64,000 nucleotides of DNA from Candidatus Sulfopaludibacter sp. SbA3 (lineage in GTDB: Bacteria; Acidobacteriota; Vicinamibacteria; Vicinamibacterales; UBA2999), in contig CAMDNQ010000010.1 of assembly GCA_945903265.1 (NCBI GenBank), positions 6,372 through 70,371 of the forward strand. The letters are read 5' to 3'. The notes under the pieces are model-generated. The model was not told the origin of the DNA. It searched no databases and worked only from the letters and a program-made list of their open reading frames with translations. How positions within the stretch are numbered: the stretch's first letter is position 1; each line of letters opens with the position of its first letter. Below are positions 55,550-64,000 of this stretch, in pieces. The translations under genes and the position numbers were made by a program.

Positions 55550-56422
55550 TTGTCCGATCACCGCTTCGGCGTCTCGACGCATCTCTTTCATGAATCGCGG
55601 CTGACGCGCGATCACCTCGTCCACATCGCGGCCCATGGCTTCGAGACCGTCGAGCTCTTTGCCACCCGATCCCATTTCGATTATCACGATGAGAAGGCGG
55701 TCGCGGCGCTGGCGGAGTGGCTGGCCGACACGCGCCTCGAGCTGCACTCGGTGCACGCCCCGATTTTCGACGGACTTCGCGCGGGACAGTGGGTCGGTCC
55801 CTTCTCGAGCGGCGCCTCGGACGCCGCCGAGCGCGACAAGGCCGTCCGCGAGGCGCGTGCGGCCATCGATCTCGCGCGCCGGCTCCCCTACCGATATCTC
55901 GTGCTGCATCTGGGTGTCCCCGACGCGGCACCGGGCGCCACGCGCAGCAACCAGCGTGACTCCGCGCGGCGGAGCCTCGAGGAGATTGCGGCTGCGGCAG
56001 CCGACGCGGGCGTCGAGGTGGCCGTGGAAGTCATCCCGAACGTGCTCTCGAGCGCCGAAGCGCTGGTGGATCTGATCGAGGAGCAACTGGACGGCATCGA
56101 CGTGGGGATTTGCCTGGACTACGGTCACGCGCATCTGATGGGCGACCTCGGCGAGGCAATCGAATGCGTTGGAGGCCACTTGACAACGACGCACGTCCAC
56201 GACAATCGCGGCCGCGAGGACGATCATCTCGTGCCGTTCGCCGGATCCATCAACTGGGATACCGCGATGATGGAAACCCAGAAGATTGGCTACGACGGCG
56301 TGCTGATGTTCGAGGTCGCCGACACGGGCAACCCGATCGACGTGCTCACGCGCGCGGCGGCAGCGCGCGAACGACTCGAAAACACGTTCGTCACGTTTGA
56401 GGAACTACCCCAGGAACCCTAG
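55550..56422 (+). CDS. sugar phosphate isomerase/epimerase (xylose-isomerase-like TIM barrel)
   Basis: 290 aa with a TTG start. It has the pattern of conserved His/Glu/Asp (ELFA..., LVLHLG, EVIPN, DYGHAHL, HVHDN). Confidence 0.75.
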   Translation: MSDHRFGVSTHLFHESRLTRDHLVHIAAHGFETVELFATRSHFDYHDEKAVAALAEWLADTRLELHSVHAPIFDGLRAGQWVGPFSSGASDAAERDKAVREARAAIDLARRLPYRYLVLHLGVPDAAPGATRSNQRDSARRSLEEIAAAAADAGVEVAVEVIPNVLSSAEALVDLIEEQLDGIDVGICLDYGHAHLMGDLGEAIECVGGHLTTTHVHDNRGREDDHLVPFAGSINWDTAMMETQKIGYDGVLMFEVADTGNPIDVLTRAAAARERLENTFVTFEELPQEP

Positions 56423-57828
56423 AACGCGGCGTGGCCCGGCGTGCGCGGGAACGGAATGACGTCGCGAATGTTCGCCATCCCAGTCGCGTAAATGATGGTC
56501 CGCTCCAGCCCGAGGCCGAATCCCGCATGCGGCACGGTGCCAAATCGCCGCAGATCCCGGTACCACCAGTAGGCCTGCGGATCGAGATGCTGCTCGACAA
56601 GGCGGCGGTCCAGCACGTCAAGGCGCTCTTCGCGCTGTGACCCGCCGATGATCTCTCCGATCCCGGGCGCGAGCACGTCCATCGCAGCGACCGTCTTCCC
56701 GTCGTCGTTCATCCGCATGTAGAACGCCTTGATCTCCTTCGGGTAGTTCATCACGATGACCGGCCCCTTCACGTGGGCTTCGGTCAGCCAGCGCTCGTGT
56801 TCCGACTGCAGATCCATGCCCCAGCGAACGGGAAACTCGAACGTCGTTCCGCTCCGCTCGAGCGCGGCGATCGCGTCCGTATATGTCATGCGCTCGAACG
56901 ACGACCCGACGAACGCTTCCACGCGCGACAGGCAGGTCTTGTCGATCCGCTCCGCAAAGAACTTCATGTCGTCGCCGCGTTCGTTCAGCAGCGCAGTGAA
57001 GATGTACTTGAGGAACGATTCCGCCAGGTCAGCGTCGGCCGAGAGATCGGCAAACGCGATCTCGGGCTCGACCATCCAGAATTCCGCGAGATGGCGGCTG
57101 GTGTTGCTGTTCTCGGCCCGGAACGTGGGGCCGAACGTGTAGACCTTGGAGAGCGCGAGGCAGTAGGTCTCGACGTTCAACTGCCCGCTGACCGTCAGGA
57201 ACGCTTCCCTGCCGAAGAAGTCCCTGCTGAAATCGATCGCGCCATCCGGCAGCCGCGGGATGTCGGCCAGCTTCGCAAAATCCAGCGTGCTGACGCGGAA
57301 CATCTCGCCGGCGCCTTCCGCATCGCTGGCCGTGATGATAGGCGTGTGCACCCAGAAGAACCCGCGCTCGTGAAAGTACCGATGAATCGCCATGCTCAGG
57401 CAGTGACGGACGCGCGCGATCGCGCCGAGCGTGTTGGTCCGCGGCCGCAGGTGGGCGACCTCACGCAGGTACTCGAACGACGTCTTCTTCGGCTGAATCG
57501 GGTACGCCTCGGGGTCCTCAACGCCTCCCACCACCTCGATCGCGTCGGCGTGCACTTCCACCGCCTGCCCCTGTCCCTGGCTGGCGGTCAGCACGCCCGT
57601 CGCGATGACTGAACATCCGGAGGTGAGCTTCAGCACCTCGCTCTCGTAGTTCGGGAGTTGCGCGGGCGCCACGACCTGGATTGGGTTGAAACACGACCCG
57701 TCGTGCACGTGGATGAACGACAGGCCGGCTTTCGAATCCCGGCGTGTGCGGACCCAGCCGCGAACGGTGACCCGGCTTCCCACCGGAACCGTGCCGCTGA
57801 TGAGTGCTGAGATGTCGGCGGGCGACAT
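56419..57828 (-). CDS. asnS: asparagine--tRNA ligase
   Basis: 469 aa. The N-terminal OB fold ([27 protein letters not shown]) and class II motifs ([29 protein letters not shown]) are present. Confidence 0.9.
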   Translation of the reverse strand: MSPADISALISGTVPVGSRVTVRGWVRTRRDSKAGLSFIHVHDGSCFNPIQVVAPAQLPNYESEVLKLTSGCSVIATGVLTASQGQGQAVEVHADAIEVVGGVEDPEAYPIQPKKTSFEYLREVAHLRPRTNTLGAIARVRHCLSMAIHRYFHERGFFWVHTPIITASDAEGAGEMFRVSTLDFAKLADIPRLPDGAIDFSRDFFGREAFLTVSGQLNVETYCLALSKVYTFGPTFRAENSNTSRHLAEFWMVEPEIAFADLSADADLAESFLKYIFTALLNERGDDMKFFAERIDKTCLSRVEAFVGSSFERMTYTDAIAALERSGTTFEFPVRWGMDLQSEHERWLTEAHVKGPVIVMNYPKEIKAFYMRMNDDGKTVAAMDVLAPGIGEIIGGSQREERLDVLDRRLVEQHLDPQAYWWYRDLRRFGTVPHAGFGLGLERTIIYATGMANIRDVIPFPRTPGHAAF

Positions 57829-57872
57829 GCGGATACCTGTATCCTAGATCGATCGAACCCCCCGGAAATCGC

Positions 57873-59294
57873 ATGAAGATTGGAATGATCTCGCTCGGCT
57901 GCCCGAAGAACCTCGTCGATTCCGAGGTCATGCTCGGTCTTGCCCAGCAGGCCGGCCACGAACTGACGCGCGACGCGGCGGACGCCGACGTGCTTGTCGT
58001 CAATACGTGCGCGTTCATCGACAAGGCCAAGCAGGAGTCGATCGACGCCATCCTCGAGATGGCGGAGCTGAAAAAGAACGGCCGCTGTCAGCGCCTCGTG
58101 GTCACCGGCTGCATGGCCGAGCGCTACCGCGACGAGCTCAAGGCGCAAATCCCGGAGATCGACGCCGTGCTCGGAACCGGCGAGGTGCCGGAGATCGTCA
58201 ATGCGATCGGCGGGATCGGGGATCAGGGATCAGGGATCCGGACGATTCCGCTTCTGCGTTCGAACGGAGAACCGCTGAACCCCGGATCCCGGATCCCGGG
58301 TCCCGGATCCCTTCCCACGTACATCTACGACGCCGAGACACCTCGTCTCCTCGCCACGCCGCGCCATTACGCCTACCTGAAGATCGCCGAAGGATGCGAC
58401 TACAAGTGCGCCTTCTGCATCATCCCGACGCTGCGCGGGAAGTATCGCAGCCGATCGGCCGACTCGATCGTCCGTGAGGCGACCGCCCTTGCGGAACGGG
58501 GCGTTAAGGAACTGCTGCTCATTTCGCAGGACACGACGTTCTACGGCATCGATCGCGGAGAGCGGGGGGCACTGGCGCAGCTCCTCCGGCGGCTCAACAC
58601 AGTCGATGGACTGGAATGGATCCGGCTCCTCTACCTCTATCCCACGACGATCACCGACGACGTCCTGGCGGCGATTGCAGAGAGCGAAAAAGTCTGCCCG
58701 TACATCGACCTTCCCCTGCAGCATGCATCCGACGCCGTGCTGAAGCGCATGAAGCGCCCCGGGACGCGCGCCACGTACGAGCGGCTGCTGGACCGGATCC
58801 GTGCGCGCGTACCTGGCGCCACACTCCGCACGACCTTCATCGTCGGCTTCCCCGGCGAGTCGGAGCAGGACTTCGCCGAGCTGCAGAGCTTTGTGGAGTC
58901 CGTTCAGTTCGACCATCTGGGCGTCTTCACGTATTCGCACGAAGACGGCACGTCGGCGCGCGACCTGGACGATGACGTGCCGGCCCGGACCAAGCGCAGC
59001 CGGCAGGCTCAGCTGATGCGCGCCCAGAAACGGATCGTCGAACGGGCGCAGAAAAAGCGCGTGGGGACCCGCGCCCGGCTGCTCGTCGACGGTCCCGCAG
59101 CGGAGCATGAGCTCGTCCTGCGCGGGCGGCTTCAGGGCCAGGCGCCGGACATCGACCCGATGGTCTACCTGACCGACTGCGACCCCTCCGAGTTCGCCCC
59201 TGGCTCGCTGATCGACGTCCAGATCGTCGGCCATCGCGGGTACGACCTGGTCGCCCAACCCCTCGGCTGTGTTACAGTTATGGGTCGCACCTAG
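57873..59294 (+). CDS. rimO: ribosomal protein S12 methylthiotransferase RimO
   Basis: The ATG at 57873 gives MKIGMISLGCPKNLVDSE... The radical-SAM motif is CDYKCAFCIIP and a TRAM-like C-terminus follows. The track start at 57804 overlaps asnS. Confidence 0.88.
   Translation: MKIGMISLGCPKNLVDSEVMLGLAQQAGHELTRDAADADVLVVNTCAFIDKAKQESIDAILEMAELKKNGRCQRLVVTGCMAERYRDELKAQIPEIDAVLGTGEVPEIVNAIGGIGDQGSGIRTIPLLRSNGEPLNPGSRIPGPGSLPTYIYDAETPRLLATPRHYAYLKIAEGCDYKCAFCIIPTLRGKYRSRSADSIVREATALAERGVKELLLISQDTTFYGIDRGERGALAQLLRRLNTVDGLEWIRLLYLYPTTITDDVLAAIAESEKVCPYIDLPLQHASDAVLKRMKRPGTRATYERLLDRIRARVPGATLRTTFIVGFPGESEQDFAELQSFVESVQFDHLGVFTYSHEDGTSARDLDDDVPARTKRSRQAQLMRAQKRIVERAQKKRVGTRARLLVDGPAAEHELVLRGRLQGQAPDIDPMVYLTDCDPSEFAPGSLIDVQIVGHRGYDLVAQPLGCVTVMGRT
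58212..58311. repeat. inverted arrays of four GGGATCN heptamers (58212-58239) and four GGATCCC/GGGTCCC heptamers (58284-58311) around a 44-nt spacer, inside rimO
   Basis: Counted directly. The arms are complementary at 24 of 28 positions by hand alignment. The segment is translated in frame as [33 protein letters not shown]. Confidence 0.85.
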
Positions 59295-59310
59295 GTGGAG
59301 TAAGACTCCA

Positions 59311-59334
59311 AGTGGGCTCGTGCCCACTTTTTTT
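59311..59334 (+). terminator. Rho-independent terminator after rimO
   Basis: AGTGGGC-TCG-TGCCCACT forms the hairpin and is followed by TTTTTTT. Confidence 0.75.
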
Positions 59335-59372
59335 ATTTAGGCCGACCTCACGGGCCGGCCTCGACGAGAAAC

Positions 59373-59849
59373 TTGGAGCCTCTGGCGCATATCCGGACCA
59401 TTGCTGAGCGGGTGGCGGCGGAGCGGGGCCTGACCGTCTGGGACGTGCAGAGCCGCCGCGAGGCCGTGGGGCACGTGGTCCGCGTGGTAATCGACCGCCC
59501 GGGTCCGGCGGCGACGCCTGAGGACAGCGTGAGCATCCAGGATTGCGAGCAGGTCAACCGCGAGATGAGCACGATTCTCGACGTCGAGGACCCGCTGCCC
59601 TTCGCCTACACCCTCGAGGTGTCGTCGCCGGGACTGACGCGGCCGCTGCGCGAGGCGGGCGACTACGGGCGATTCTCCGGACGGCTGGCGAAGATAGTAG
59701 TAAGCGAGGCGGTAGATAACCAGAAGGCCTTTGAAGGCCGGCTGCGCGGCGTCGACAACGGCGACGTGCTCCTCGAAGCATCAAACGGACGTATGCACCG
59801 GCTGCCGATGCGACTGATAACGCGCGGACGGCTGGAAGTGGAGTTTTAA
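59373..59849 (+). CDS. rimP: ribosome maturation factor RimP
   Basis: 158 aa with a TTG start. The gene sits directly upstream of nusA, and the pattern ...YTLEVSSPGLTRPL... is present. Confidence 0.85.
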   Translation: MEPLAHIRTIAERVAAERGLTVWDVQSRREAVGHVVRVVIDRPGPAATPEDSVSIQDCEQVNREMSTILDVEDPLPFAYTLEVSSPGLTRPLREAGDYGRFSGRLAKIVVSEAVDNQKAFEGRLRGVDNGDVLLEASNGRMHRLPMRLITRGRLEVEF

Positions 59850-59867
59850 GCGGTGGGAACGACAGCA

Positions 59868-61118
<1,251 letters not shown>

Positions 61119-61139
61119 GCCTGGAGCGAAGGAAGCGAT

Positions 61140-63902
61140 TTGGCAACAGTCCGGATTTATAAAGTTGCGGAGCTACTGGGCACGACCAGCCAGGAAGTGC
61201 TGGCACTGCTCAAGCGCGATCACGGCATCGAGCTGAAGAGCGCCTCGAGCACGCTCGAGGAAGTCGTCGCACGTTCCTTCGTCGAGCGTCTCGCGAAGCA
61301 GCGGAAGATCGCGCTCCCCGGCCGCGACATGTTTGCCGAAACGCCCGCGGCACCGGTGAAGGGCGGAAGCAAGAAGGCGGCAGTCGCGAAAAAGGCCGAA
61401 CCGCCGAAGCCCGCCGCTCCCGTCCTCGGTCCCCCGCGTCTCGTCAAGACGATCAAACCGGTCACGCCCGCGCCAGAGGCTGAAGCGCCGGAAGAAGAAG
61501 CGCTTGCCGAGCCGGATCCGGAACCGGAGATCGAAACACCTGAGCCGATTGAAGAACCAGTCGCTCCGGCGGCTGTCGTCGTCGAACAACCGCCGGCAGA
61601 CGAACCCGTCGTCGAAGAGGTAGCCGCCAGTCCGGAGCCGGAAGCGGAAGCGCCGGTCACTCCTTCGGCTCCAGCAACGCCTGCGGGCCCGCGGATCGTG
61701 CCGCCGACCCTCCGCCTGCGAATCGAGCAGCCGGGACAGCCCGTGCAGCCCGCTCGCCCGCTGGCGCCAGCGAAGCGGCCGGCGCAGAGCCAGCCGACGA
61801 TGCTCCACAAGCCGGCGGCAACGCCCGCGGCGGCCACCAAGCCAGGCGCCCCCGCGGCGCCTGGGGTCAAGCGGCCTGGCGCGCCAGGTGCCCCGCGGCC
61901 CGGGTATCCGCCGCCGCCGCGACCCACAACTCCTGCGATGCTCGGCGGGCCGCGCCCGCTCCCCTCGCAGCCTATTCGTCCGGCGGGCCAGCAGGCGCGC
62001 CCCGGCATGCCGCCGCCGCGCCCGAACTATCCGCAGCGCCCGGGCATGCATCGGCCGATCGGGTCGAGACCGGTCACGTCACGCCGCGAGCGTCCGTCTG
62101 CGCCGACGATTGCCGCACCGCTGCCGCCGCCGCCGATCACCAGGACCATCACGCTTGCCGAAGGCATGACGGTGAAGGACCTGGCCGACAAACTCGACAT
62201 GCGCGTCAAGGACGTCCTCGCCAAGCTGCTGATGAAGCGCATGATGATGACGATCAACAGCACGCTCGACATCGAGACGGCGAAGGACATCTCGCGTGAA
62301 TTCGGCGCCGAAGTCGAGATGCGGAGCTTCGAGGAAGAGCTCGTGTCCGCGGAAGCCGTCGACGCGAATCCGGAAGACATCGGCACGCGCGCGCCGGTCG
62401 TGACCGTCATGGGCCACGTCGACCACGGCAAGACGTCGCTCCTCGACGCGATCCGTGAAACGCGGGTCGCCGAGCGCGAAGCGGGCGGCATCACGCAGCA
62501 CATCGGCGCCTATCACGTCGACGTCGGCGACGGCCGCAGCGTCGTGTTCCTCGATACGCCGGGGCACGAAGCGTTCACGCTCATGCGCGCCCGCGGCGCC
62601 AAGGTCACCGACATCGTGGTGCTCGTGGTGGCCGCCGACGACGGCGTCATGCCGCAGACGCGGGAAGCGGTCGACCATGCGAAGGCGGCAAACGTGCCGA
62701 TCGTCGTGGCGATCAACAAGATCGACAAGCCGGGCTCCAACGCGGAAAACGTCAAGCGCGAGCTGGCGGAAATCGGGCTGCAGCCGGAAGACTGGGGCGG
62801 CACCGTCGTCATGGTGCCCGTCTCGGCGAAGAAGAAGCAGAACCTCGACCAGCTGCTCGAGATGATTCTGCTGTCGAGCGACATCCTGGAACTCAAGGCC
62901 AACCCACGCCGGCCGGCATCGGGCACCGTGCTCGAAGCCAAGCTGGATCGCGGCCGCGGCCCGGTCGCGACCGTGCTGGTGCAGGACGGCACGCTCAGCG
63001 TGGGCGACAATTTCATCGCCGGCCCTGTCGTCGGCCGTGTGCGCGCCCTGATCGACGACCGCGGGCGCCCCGTGAAATCAGCGGGCCCTTCGACGCCGGT
63101 CGAGGTGCTCGGCCTGACGAGCCTTCCGCAGCCGGGCGATCCCTTCCAGACCGTCGCGGACGCCGCCAAGGCGCGGCAGATCGCCACGTTCCGCCAGGCG
63201 CGCGCCAAGGATCGCGCGCTGGGGGCAAAGGGCGGCCGTCTCACGCTCGAATCGCTGAAGGAGCAGATCGCCGAAGGCGGCATCAAGGATCTGCCGATCA
63301 TCGTCAAGTCTGACGTGCAGGGGTCGGCGGAAGTGCTGGCCGATACGCTGACCAAGCTGTCTGACGAGAAGGTCAAGATCAACATCATCCGATCGGGCGT
63401 CGGCGCCATCAACGAATCCGACGTCCTGCTGGCCTCGGCGTCCAACGCGATCGTCATCGGCTTCAACGTCCGCCCGGATCGCAATGCGGCCGACGTGGCC
63501 GAGCGCGAGCGCGTCGACATCCGCCTGCACTCGGTGATTTACAACGTCACCGACGAAATCAAGAAGGGGATGGAGGGGCTGCTCGACCCGACGTACAAGG
63601 AAGTGCGGCTCGGCGCGGCAACCGTTCGCGAAGTCTTCAAGGTGCCGAAGATCGGCGCCATTGCCGGCTGCCTCGTCAACGAGGGGCGCATAACCCGCAG
63701 CGGCGACGCCCAGGCCAGACTGCTTCGCGACAACATCATGATCCACGAGGGCAAAATCGGCTCGCTGCGGCGCTTCAAGGACGACGTGTCCGAAGTGAAG
63801 ACGGGCTTCGAATGCGGCATCGGCCTCGAGAAGTACAACGACATCAAGGTCGGTGATGTCATCGAAGTCTTCGCGATGGAGCGCGTCCTCGCGCGGGCCT
63901 GA
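61140..63902 (+). CDS. infB: translation initiation factor IF-2
   Basis: 920 aa with a TTG start. A Pro/Ala-rich N-terminal region is followed by the GTPase motifs [13 protein letters not shown] and NKID. Confidence 0.93.
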   Translation: MATVRIYKVAELLGTTSQEVLALLKRDHGIELKSASSTLEEVVARSFVERLAKQRKIALPGRDMFAETPAAPVKGGSKKAAVAKKAEPPKPAAPVLGPPRLVKTIKPVTPAPEAEAPEEEALAEPDPEPEIETPEPIEEPVAPAAVVVEQPPADEPVVEEVAASPEPEAEAPVTPSAPATPAGPRIVPPTLRLRIEQPGQPVQPARPLAPAKRPAQSQPTMLHKPAATPAAATKPGAPAAPGVKRPGAPGAPRPGYPPPPRPTTPAMLGGPRPLPSQPIRPAGQQARPGMPPPRPNYPQRPGMHRPIGSRPVTSRRERPSAPTIAAPLPPPPITRTITLAEGMTVKDLADKLDMRVKDVLAKLLMKRMMMTINSTLDIETAKDISREFGAEVEMRSFEEELVSAEAVDANPEDIGTRAPVVTVMGHVDHGKTSLLDAIRETRVAEREAGGITQHIGAYHVDVGDGRSVVFLDTPGHEAFTLMRARGAKVTDIVVLVVAADDGVMPQTREAVDHAKAANVPIVVAINKIDKPGSNAENVKRELAEIGLQPEDWGGTVVMVPVSAKKKQNLDQLLEMILLSSDILELKANPRRPASGTVLEAKLDRGRGPVATVLVQDGTLSVGDNFIAGPVVGRVRALIDDRGRPVKSAGPSTPVEVLGLTSLPQPGDPFQTVADAAKARQIATFRQARAKDRALGAKGGRLTLESLKEQIAEGGIKDLPIIVKSDVQGSAEVLADTLTKLSDEKVKINIIRSGVGAINESDVLLASASNAIVIGFNVRPDRNAADVAERERVDIRLHSVIYNVTDEIKKGMEGLLDPTYKEVRLGAATVREVFKVPKIGAIAGCLVNEGRITRSGDAQARLLRDNIMIHEGKIGSLRRFKDDVSEVKTGFECGIGLEKYNDIKVGDVIEVFAMERVLARA

Positions 63903-63910
63903 GCCCGGGG

Positions 63911-64000
63911 ATGGCCCAGGGACACAGGCCCGACCGGGTCGGCGATCAGATTCGGCAGGAGGTCAGCGACCTGCTGGCGCGCGGCGCCGTTCATGACCCC
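63911..64000 (+). CDS. rbfA: ribosome-binding factor A, first 30 codons (cut by window edge)
   Basis: MAQGHRPDRVGDQIRQEVSDLLARGAVHDP lies directly after infB. Both the position and the sequence pattern are typical of RbfA. Confidence 0.8.
   Translation, partial: MAQGHRPDRVGDQIRQEVSDLLARGAVHDP

Noticed and set aside
61300-62160. Pro/Ala-rich low-complexity stretch in the plus strand, with mirror ORFs on the minus strand.
   Set aside because: This is the normal variable N-terminal region of IF-2, not a separate feature or repeat element.

Overview
High-GC bacterial chromosomal segment, by eye about 65-72% G+C. It is most likely Acidobacteriota: it has a VWFA-related acidobacterial-type protein and many secreted beta-rich proteins. 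All family names come from my reading of the translated ORFs and remembered motif patterns; no searches were run. The recognisable content falls into these groups. (1) A translationally coupled GlgE-pathway alpha-glucan operon, glgX-glgE-treS/maltokinase, with an alpha-glucan phosphorylase elsewhere. (2) A LigD-type NHEJ ligase with no Ku gene in the window. (3) Five tRNAs: His-GTG, Arg-CCG, Arg-TCG, Lys-CTT and Leu-CAG. (4) The rimP-nusA-infB-rbfA operon, plus asnS, rimO, htrA/degP-type protease, an M24 peptidase and mscL. (5) Three loci of one secreted two-component family, DUF6152-like plus an unnamed partner of about 290 aa. It occurs twice as adjacent genes and once as a single fused gene, and one locus is linked to a c-type cytochrome. 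The best candidate for an undescribed system is a compositionally foreign (~55-63% G+C by hand counts) three-gene insertion at about 53.1-55.5 kb. It encodes an Abi-alpha/DUF4393-like protein, a DUF5343-like protein and an overlapping Swt1-like HEPN protein with an intact Rx4H motif. It sits between housekeeping operons and is bracketed by imperfect inverted repeats. Other notable points:
- GATCAGG heptamer arrays are read in the same frame inside glgE and rimO.
- A receiver-domain gene needs a -1 frame change to reach a CxxC...CxxC zinc ribbon.
- A CYTH gene keeps its ExExK motif only with a CTG start.
- All three DUF6152-like paralogs are predicted to mature to an N-terminal His-His.
Many long ORFs in the track are antisense shadow ORFs typical of high-GC DNA and were not called.
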